A stretch of DNA of 57,057 nucleotides, counting the filler, from Sphacelaria rigidula (taxonomy: Eukaryota): assembly GCA_964200075.2 (NCBI GenBank). It is 6 parts of 6 records of this genome, joined end to end, with 100 filler letters (N's around TTAATTAATTAA, not from the genome) between each part and the next. Parts side by side here need not be neighbours in the genome. Positions count along the whole stretch, not along the records: positions 47,633 to 57,057 come from CAXNAA020008530.1; 5 more parts are not named here. One strand, given 5' to 3'. The notes under the pieces are model-generated. The model was not told the origin of the DNA. It saw nothing but the letters and a program-made list of their open reading frames with translations, and searched no databases. This document shows, piece by piece, positions 47,533 to 57,057 of the stretch (position 1 is its first letter; every line of letters begins with the position of its first letter). The translations under genes and the position numbers were made by a program.

Positions 47533-47632
47533 NNNNNNNNNNNNNNNNNNNNNNNNNNNNNNNNNNNNNNNNNNNNTTAATTAATTAANNNNNNNNNNNN
47601 NNNNNNNNNNNNNNNNNNNNNNNNNNNNNNNN
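47533..47632. other. Artificial scaffold linker
   Basis: N44-TTAATTAATTAA-N44. Confidence 0.98.
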
Positions 47633-48126
47633 AAAGCCAGCAGGAGGAGGAAGGGAGGGGGTGGGGGGGGATGTTCTCTTGAAAGAAAGACCTTGCTCGG
47701 AAGCAACGTGCTCATTGACAACGATCTAGGCGTGTACTGAATGGAATGCTATTTAAAAAAACAGCATGCTTGCTGGAAACGCCGAGATATCACCATGGGA
47801 GTGGTGGGCGAAAAATGGAGCCATCTACGTAAGCATCCAAATCATTATCCAGGTTAAAGGAGTACCAGTACAAACACAGAATATGCACGACAGTCGGCAC
47901 ATGCGGCGAAGAGTCCCAGGGTTACTGCGTATTTGATCGCAGGCGTGCACCCAGAGTGACTGTTGCGTTTGTACTTCCCAAAGAGTATATGCTTCGAAGC
48001 ATGCAAGGCACTGCAGGTCGTATTGTCAAACATAAGGCGCTGCATACTCCGCCGAATCATCACTTCTGCACCTTTCCAGAGACAAGACTATTTCTGAGAG
48101 AGAAAGTTGTTCCTTTTTTACTTGAC

Positions 48127-51100
48127 CTGGGATTTCCTGTTTAGAGACTCGACCAGCGACGGTCCCGCCAGGGAATGGAACATGTCAGGGATGGCCGAGG
48201 GACTCGTGATGCGAGATACTATATGGGCCCAGGCCTGCATCGTCGAAACGTTGGCGAAAGGAGCGTCGGAACCAGACGCGCACGACCAGGGGGAGGGGCG
48301 GCGGGTGAGTGAGAGGAGCGAGTCGTACTCATGTTCACCCTACCTGAACTGTAAGAGCGAGAAGTGGGGAAGGAAAGGGCGACATTGAAGAGCGACGCAA
48401 GCTTGTCGGCAAGTTCAAGTGAGATACTTGCTCCCTTTTAGAAGGAGGTTCAAACGTAACCTTTAAAGAATGAAGACGGAAGAAACGTCCATTGCCTGCT
48501 GCACGTCCTACATCACATACGTTTGACCTTTACAGATATGCCGGGCACGTCTAGCGTACCCCATATGGCAAACCTCTTTGTGTGGCTGGAACTGTCTGAG
48601 CATCGGGCCGTTGGTGGGCGTTTTCCATTGAAGCTTCTGGGGTTCCTTGGCGATCACTCGCCTGAGGGACGTACGCAAATTGGCGCCGTGAAAAGTCGGT
48701 TGCACGGTAAGAGGCCGTCGTTAGACATAGGATCCGCAGGGCCGACTCTCTCTCAAATGGCAAAAGTTATGGCCCATCAGTATATTGTCGACAAGAAATC
48801 GCACGGCATCTCCTCACCCCCCGCTCACGTACACATGGCACAACCACCCATGACCCCCCTGTATTTTGTTACCCGCTAAATTTGCTTGATGTACTCGAAA
48901 GGCGACACCCGAAAGGCATGAGACCCTCGATGTTCATGGTTTCAGATCATGACGTCGAGCGCGTCAATTCGTGCATTTAGACGCATGGAACTCTAGTGTG
49001 TACCCGCACAATCTGAGTACGCCACGATCGCATTACCCCAGTCGACAACTCCTCTGGTAGAGGTGGAACATCATCCACTCGTTCTTTCGGACCGCAAGAG
49101 CACGCGGGGGCACTCACGCTCTCTCTATTATACGGGTGCGTATCTCTTCATCCAGAATTTTGCGATGCCGCCGGCGCCTTGCCGCAGCTTCCAGTCTAGG
49201 CGGGATGGGTGGTACCCACGGCATGTTGGTGGGGACCATGGTCCTTTTGATGACTCCGAGCAATACAAAAGCCCGTACAGCCTTAGTTTGTTGGGGGGCG
49301 GGTGGGGGGGGGGATTAGCTGAACGACAACTGAGAAGTCACTCGGTGTGTCAGAGCCCATGTATTTTGGAGCCAGTGAATTGGTCCCGGTCGATACCTTA
49401 TGAAACAAAGGGACAGCTTTTCGCACTCGATGCCATCATCAGCGTAGCGATAATCTCAATATGACACATCTTCGAGAAGATAATGAAAGATGAACGGCCC
49501 CTGCCGGGAACCTGCGTGTGCGTGACTATCCGATCGGCGTGTGTTCATGTCTCTCTCTCCCGAGGGTTCTTGTCTCCATGGTGACCTGCGCGATTGCATC
49601 CTTCCAACGCGCGCACAAGCTGAACGTCTGGCCCTGTGGGATGGCCATGCATTTCGATGTGCGTCATTCCGACGTACCTGGTAGGTGGTCATGTTTGCGG
49701 CGCGTAAGGTAGAGAGGAACGCTAAGCGGTAGGCTCGTTGCCGCGTCCAGTGCCGGTACCTCCTCCGAGCTGTAGCTCGTCGTGCCTGATAGCCCCTGAA
49801 TCACGTTACCCCGCGTTACGTGCGGCACAATTTCGTGTGCGAGACGATACTCCGGGGTGAAATATTGCGTGTGCCAGCAAAATAACGCGGCCCCAGTATC
49901 GGAGCCGAATTGAAACAGAAACTTACGCCAGCAAAAGGAGCCAGCAACACGAGCCAGCAACACGAGCCAGCAACACGAATGAACAACATCACGCAATACC
50001 ATGAAATCGCGAAATGAATCGCATCACCGGTGCTGTAGATCTTCATGTCTTCCTACGGCTCTGCGTACGTGCTACCGTATACCTATCGCTCCCCCCGATG
50101 CTAAACGTTGTAGTTCGATAGGTAACACTACGGTTAAGTAGAGATAATTTGTCCTCAGCGATCAAACCATTTTGTCCGTAATCTCCCAGCGACACTAGAT
50201 TGCTCGCCGAGTAAACATGTGCTCTAGCAACGGGGCTGAGCGTAGGCCCGGAGAACGTTCGTTCTTGTCAAGTTCGAAAATTAGCTCAGCAGGCTGCCAG
50301 CAGCCGAAGCTGTGCTCCTATAGTTTCTTTTTAGTTACTGCCACACTTTCAATCCCCCTCCTTCCTCTGGACGAGTCCGCGGTCACCTCAAGGGATTCAA
50401 CCCATCCATCCCCCGGGACATGCCTGACCTTTTGGTATCGCGGGCTTGGATCAGCAGTCAGTCCTACACCACTTCAACGTTCGTTGCATTTCGTGTGCCC
50501 TTCTCACGCCCTCGAGTATTCAACAGCGGAAGCCTGATTCTGCTACAAAAAAATACAGCTTTTCCGTCGGGATTTGATTTCATAACCTTTCTGTCCCAAC
50601 AGGGTATTATTGCTGCATCCCTTAGGCCACTGAGGCTCGTCGGTGTTTATTGGGTATGGCATATCCTCGGTTCAAGAAAAAGCTGTGGTTTTGTGTCAGT
50701 TCCTCTGCACTAGATGTGTACCTCGAACGTACCTGACCAGTGCTCAGACAACGCCTTTTTGTGTAGTAGCACCAATCAATGGGTGCGTGCGTCCTACGTC
50801 TTATTTTCAACGTGGGGGGGGGGGGGGGGGGGGGGGGGGCCTTTGAGCAAAATGTTTTTTTTAAAGGCCACAAAACAATATTCCACGAGGGGAGGAAGCC
50901 ACCAAGATGGAGANNNNNNNNNNTTGCGCTGCGTCGCGGCCGCCGCCGGGCGGCGGTCTTTGACTTCTCTTGCGCCCCTAGGGGCCAGGATGTGACGGGA
51001 GGGATCCTTGACCGAAAGTGTCTTTATGAAAGCCACGAAACCATATTCGACGAAGGAGGAACAGCACCACGGCCTTCCCACGTGCATCACCATAGTACCA

Positions 51101-54100
51101 GCTTAAAGCTATGTCGCTTCTACCTCACACAGCGGACGTGATGTATAGTGCAATTGACGTGACAAGGCCGTTCTTGAAAAACCTGAGACTTTTCAGTCTT
51201 TGGATACTTTAACACTTCAAGATGGAACGGCAGAACGTGCTGTTACGGAACAGCGATACAGCACTCGACCCCACGATGATCATACTGTAGATCTCACGTT
51301 ATGGGGCGTATCTGAAAGTAATTGAGCGAAAACCAGAGTGTCGCTGCCCGTTGAAGTTGAGAGTCTTGTATTCGCTCGTTGGGGGAGCAGAACGCAGAGA
51401 GAACGAGAACTTGCAATTAACAGCGGAGGTTCCAATATAGTGTGACCAAATTGCTCATCACCGGCTTGACCCGCTAGGTTGTTTTCAAGTAAGCCGTATC
51501 GTGCCTGCACACCAGCATACGGTCCCCCAACACATCGGGGTGGTTATGTACCACATGATGGCAGGGTCCTCACTGTACCGGTGTGATTTCACGCACCGTC
51601 ACATTCCAGTTCCGCCAACCTTCACGTACCGATCGTGATTTGTGTAGCGATACCTTCGAATGCGCCGATACTGTTTTCACGCACCAACAATCTTCCGCGT
51701 ACAAGAACATATATCCTGTGGGTACCGGCTTTCACTACTGTGTGCGTACCTGACCCGTCGCTGAATTGCTACAGCAGCATGATGCGGACCCCACCATTGC
51801 CTCTCCTTCTCGGCCCAGGCAAGAAGCGCATCTTTCACGCGTGCTAGCTCCTCAGGTTTATGCCACGCAATCTCCTTTCGATCGATCTGCGTGGCGGAGA
51901 AAGGGACCAGGTCGTAACAGCGCAGAGTGATGAAAGGGTGAACGTATGGAAGAGGGGCGGCGTGAAGGGGCAAGGGCCAGTTTCTGACGTTGACTTTAAC
52001 TTGCACGAAAGTAAAATCCACAATTCAGAGCAAGTGACCGTATAAATAGACTGTGCTGCACGTGCTGCGGCATACGCATATATGGTTTAGAAGGTTGGTC
52101 TCCAACATCCAAATATTCGTGTGTAGAACAAAGTTTAGGGGACTTGTGTGTACTTCAGCTACTCGTGACTCCACGGGGGAAAAAAGATCTTCAGTACATA
52201 CGTCTAAGAGCAGTGAGGAAGGGATTGGGAAGGGAAAGCAGCAGGAGGACAACCGAGTGCCCTTTCTGGGTCAATAGCTCTAGGGGTTCAACACATGTCG
52301 GAGCAAACTTTAACAGCGCACCTTGGCGATCGTCGATGTGTGGACCAGGTCGTAACCCCTCGTCAAACGCGCGTATGAATTGGTTGAACACAGGCACGCT
52401 CCTCCAACGATTTTTGAATCAACATTCCCATGAGTGACGTGCTAGGAAGATAACATCACCCGGTGAGAGGTGCGTGCTGGGTTTTTTTCCCTCAGAGTAT
52501 CTTCATATTGTCCGTTTGAAAGGTGTGAACTGCCTTCAGCCACACACAGCGGTCGGTGCTCTCGAGTCTGGTCGTCTGGTCGATTGGATAGTGATTCGAT
52601 ATGCGTACGCCGAACTATCGATGGAAAATCACATATTCCGTTGTCGTCGCGCTACGCGTACCCGAAGCATGTTGACTTCCGGCGCTTCGTCCCCCCCGTC
52701 CATGTGCGTCAGCAGTCGAACGTACAGCACCTGACGATCACCGTCGTCTAGCTTCACCTGAAGGAACAACAAGACGAAAACAAAAGTGAAGTTAGAAAAC
52801 CAAAGTACGGTTCGTGCGAAGCCCGCACCTACTAGCAAGTCGCTGCTGGGGGTATTTGCCACGTGTTAACAAGCGGTATTCCTTGCTATGCATTAGGCCG
52901 CCCGTACAGAGCACACTATATATTCATCCAAAATACTACCACAACGCTTTTCGCAACCAACCCTGACTGAGGTAGTAAACACGCCACGCCGACTCCGCCG
53001 TGTGCACGTAGCCAGTGCTACAGGCCAACCGGCACGACGGGCTACATACATGCTGGAACATTTGGGGGCGGGCGGGAGGGGAGAGCAACGGCTATCAAAG
53101 TGCACTGCAATGTAATGATGATGATAATAGCCCGTCTCATTATTGTGATTGAGCGGGACTTGAGTAGATCCACAGTGTACGAAAAAGAAGTTGAGAACTC
53201 CATATGATTTTTCGGGGGTTGAAAACAAACGCTTTGGGCCGAACCGTTGACTTGTTACTTTCAACACCGAAAACACACGCCCCTGGAAACGCAGCCTCAG
53301 CAGAAACAGGTCCTTTTGCGGAGGAGGATTTATTCGGTTCCGGCGAATAACTACCTTTTGGGTAGAATTGTGTCTGCAAATATTCCCCATCAGTGTTTCA
53401 GCAGGATTGTTACATGTTTGCTCATAAAAGCTGTGCCTCAACTTTCTTGTCAGATATCGGCATTTGACACCAAGATCCACGCTGTACGGTAAGTACCCGA
53501 CCGGGAAGCGACACATTTAAATAACAACCGTGGGAGGCGTTCAAGTGCCTCTGTGGTCGCCACACTAGCGGATAAGAGAACAAACACAAAGCTTCTTTTC
53601 TTTCTCGTGAAAATTTGGCGTTGCGTGGTAATACCACGAAGAAAACAAAGTGCTGACTAACGAGGGGGTGGGGGGGGACGGGGGGGGACGGGGATTCCAA
53701 CCGTCGCACAGCAGATCGACTGGACTTCAGAACAGAATGTAGTTGATAGATTGAAGTGGCATATGATGAATTGGGACACCTGATCAGCGCTGTTTACCTG
53801 AGTAAATCCTGAATACCTCCACGAACATGCCCAAAAACATCAATACGTAGTATGCAGCGTACCTCCGCCACCTCGCGACCAGGGTCGCGGGCGTCGACGT
53901 GTAGGACACGACCGGTGAATCCACTATAATCGTGGGAACGATCTAGGATCTTAACAGCATCACCACGATGAATACGTTTATCCTCCAGGGCATCAAGCCG
54001 ACGGGCCCTGATGTAATTTTGCCTTCGATAGGCGTCCAGGCGGCCAACCCTGCCGTTTTTGTTGTGTCCAGTTGAGATAGGGCGGACAGAGTGTATTAAA

Positions 54101-56307
54101 AATGAAAAACATTTATCCTCGTGACGTCTGGCAGAATCAGAGTTTTCTGGACAGCCTACAGGCATCGTGTATGCGGTGTTCAAGAGCATGTGTAGGTAAC
54201 GTTCGCAGCCATGTATGAGGGACTCGAGCAGATCATGGGAGAGCGTGCCGAGGGAAGGAACTGAAGTCAGTCGGGAATATGGCAGCAGAGGAGTTGGTTT
54301 TCCTGTGGTCGTGACGGTGCGGCGGCATGGAGAAAGACAGGTATCGAAAGGAAAATGGGCAAGACACGTGTGCTCTCAAACGAATGATGGACTGAGGTAT
54401 CGCGCGCCCTCTCGCTCCAGATCTACGCCACCAGCAACGGCGTCCTGTCATGACGAGGTAACAAGGCGTGGCTTGTAGTACATAGGAAACACACCTTGCA
54501 GCGTCTACATGGTCAGAAATTTCCTGCCACGCTAATCGAGCTCCTTTCATCACGTCTTCCACTTGTACGGAGAGGGAAGTCGTGAAGCCCATCAAGTCCG
54601 CGCCGGCCTTGCGCAGAAAGCGAATGGCCGGTCGCTGAGAGCGTCTGTTGCTTAACCCCGCGATTCTCAGAAAAAAACCCTGCTGCTGACGACCGCGTCG
54701 GATATACGCCATGCGTTCTGCGGAGGACATGGGGATAGGGGGCAAGCGTGTGAAGAAGGTAGGGCACTGGTAAAGGCGTTGAGACGCGCCGGGAAGCGTG
54801 AGAAATGGGATTTTCAAAACAACGCCGGACATGGTCATGATGATGTTGGACAACACCAACTGGAGAGGGCCTATTGAGGGGGACAGGCGATTGTAGAGGG
54901 GCCGTGGATGGTGAGTTGCCTCTTCAGTCGTATGTCACAGGCGACTAGAGGGAGGTTAACCAATATTATCGCCGTCAATACACCAGACTGACAACACTCG
55001 CTACGTATCCGAACCTAACGCATCGTGAATCGTGCGCCAGAAGATGGTCGCGAAAAACAGAAACTACCGCGCGCATGGTTCGTTTTGCGTCCCGAATGAC
55101 CCCTCAAGCTACCCACGGTCTCCCTGACCTCGATTTCGATTCAAAGCCGCCGCCTCGTGACAGGCCGTCCGTAGGCGAATCATGCATTGAATACGGGTGG
55201 CAGAGCGATTCCTGAGGTTCTCCGACCGGATTTTTTTAACTCTGATGCGGGCTCGTACCCGTCGACACATCGCCTGCCGATTGCATGTTGACGATACCAA
55301 GGTCAAAAGAGAGTAATTGAAATGACGGGTCAAGACACGTCTACACTCAATCCGAAGGCATTTATACGCAACGCGGCTACAGTAAGCTTGCGACGACGGA
55401 TGCAAAGTACTGGGCATGGGACTCTTTAGATTCAATCTATATGACTTCTCGATGACTGACGTTTTCGTGTCGGGAAAGTGAACGAAGCGTCTATGTATCG
55501 ATGTTTGTTCGTTCCTTTCCTGGGAAATCTACATGTTAGCATGTTTTTCGGAAAGGCTGCAAACACATACACACACACACACCATTGCTCATTCGCTCTA
55601 AATAAAATTATAGGAACCGCTCGCCTGAATTATCATCGCCGCCCGTTCCTTGTCCTGCCTCAGAAGTTCCAGTCGCCTTTTCGTTTCCTCGTGCCGACGG
55701 ACAGCTTCGTCTCGCGAATCCTTCGCTCTCCTTGCCTGAATCCCTCACAGAAATAGTTCGTGCAAAGTTCGCGAATATTTGCCACGAAAATTCCAGCGCA
55801 TCAAGCCCAACACTTGGTGGCACGACTTGTTCTTCGGTGGGGGTGAACTTCACCGAGCTCTTTGCTGTAAGAGCCTATCGATGACAAATATTTGGGCCCT
55901 AGTGCGCAGCTTCAGAAAACGTTCGGGCTAAAAAGCCTACCCCTACCGTGTAGAATCCCTCGCACGGTGATCAGCATCGACACGTCAAAAATACGCCCGA
56001 CTGGTAATTCAACAGTACAGCATCACGTTGGTGATAGCAGAACACGAAATGCCTCGTGCGTTGAACCTACATCCCCGCCGAGAAAATTTACTTCACACGT
56101 CACTAGAGTTATTGTCCACAAACCTCCAGAAATCTGGCCTCTTTTCTTCTTTCCCTGGCGATTTTTCGACCTTTGTAGCCAAGCACAATCCTCCCAACGG
56201 TAGCCAAGGCCCGGTCGAAGTCTCTCAGCTGACGACTTTCTCGGTCAGCGATCATCATCTTCTCTATTTCCTCGTCCGCTTTCACCAGGTCTCGTATTCG
56301 CTTGTAC
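48127..56307 (-). CDS. Partial gene for a basic, multi-IQ-motif (calmodulin-binding-like) protein with a KOW/SH3-like segment; exons 56307-56124, 55735-55625, 55273-55129, 54717-54495, 54049-53863, 52757-52662, 51886-51750, 49795-49678, 49281-49118, 48661-48574, 48234-48127
   Basis: Eleven exons join in frame with matching phases and no stops. IQ-like motifs are [15 protein letters not shown] and AAVAIQRRV(R)|GYQARR (both across junctions) and [10 protein letters not shown]; the KOW-like segment is [27 protein letters not shown]...VAE|VKLDDG. Start and stop were not located. Confidence 0.82.
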
Positions 56308-57008
56308 CTGCGGCCGCCCATCGCAAATCATGACACAGGACGTAGCCACGAACGTTCGGCCGCGCCGGAGACGGTACGCCGAGATTTCATAGGTCTGTAG
56401 AGAGCGTGTGGGCATTGATTGCTGTAGGAAAGACGACGCTCACGGAGATCGTCCCACGTACATCGCCAAGTAGGGCGACGCTCTCTTTCTTGTTCGTTTT
56501 TCATCTTGTCAGCTCTCCCCCGCTACCGTAGTATGAACCCAGGGTTACGGGATCAGCTCATCTCTCCCCCGACACTTACTTACCTGAAGACGCGATGTAG
56601 GGTGTGAAGTCAGTACTCTTGCAGCCCGGTGACTCTCCCCGAACACTGTGTATGTATCCTCCATAAATGTCGGACTACTCTTACGTTCCCGAAAAATGTC
56701 AATGATCAATGAAAATCGCCGTAGCAGGATTTTCCCTCTTTGCCTCTCGCGATCAGTGCATCCTGCCTTAGGCTGATGCCTGATGCCGCGATAGCCCCCC
56801 CCAGAAAAGTGACTAGTTCAAGCAGGGAAAACCTACACTTAAATCAAGATGAAAACCCCCAGCATAACGAGAATGAGTAGCTGGAAATTCCCACGTTTGG
56901 ATCGCTTGCGCCCATGTCGCCCATATGAGGCGCTTCACGCAGTCTGAATCCACCCATCACGCGCTGTATGACCATTTTCTTCGTGACAGTTTTGAGGATG
57001 GTTTGGGA

Positions 57009-57039
57009 GGGGGGGGGTGTACTCATGATCATGCATGCC
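57009..57039 (-). mobile_element. Extreme 3' tip of the oligo(C)-tailed LINE
   Basis: G9-TGTACTCATGATCATGCATGCC, identical to 35841-35871; flanks TTTGGGAGGG / TTTGGGGGGG. Confidence 0.7.
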
Positions 57040-57057
57040 ATAGTTTTTTTGGGGGGG

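Noticed and set aside
56444-56650. Possible further 5' exons of the IQ gene (RASPYLAMYVGRS; ...TSRLQ)
   Set aside because: Phase-compatible but short, with no motif support.

Overview
Eukaryotic nuclear DNA, intron-rich and repeat-rich; most likely a brown alga or other stramenopile (inference from gene structure and transposon types, not verified). The window is NOT contiguous. Six length-sorted scaffolds (1-9428, 9529-18955, 19056-28481, 28582-38007, 38108-47532, 47633-57057) are joined by identical 100-bp linkers (N44-TTAATTAATTAA-N44). Four partial spliced genes were assembled by hand: a PPR gene (minus, 4 exons), a bacterial family-1-type extracellular solute-binding-protein gene (minus, 5 exons), a second PPR gene (plus, at least 2 exons) and an 11-exon IQ-motif/KOW-like gene with one GC-AG intron. 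Mobile DNA includes a near full-length decayed Ty1/copia element with almost identical LTRs, a chromovirus-like remnant split by a 4-bp-TSD MITE, a tRNA-derived SINE family, a Stowaway-like MITE, three CA-ended 8-bp-TSD families and two long foldbacks. The best candidates for something undescribed are (1) a LINE family that ends in oligo(C) instead of poly(A) and appears to insert into G-rich targets, and (2) the intron-containing solute-binding domain, possibly the ectodomain of a nutrient receptor. No database search was possible, so novelty is untested.
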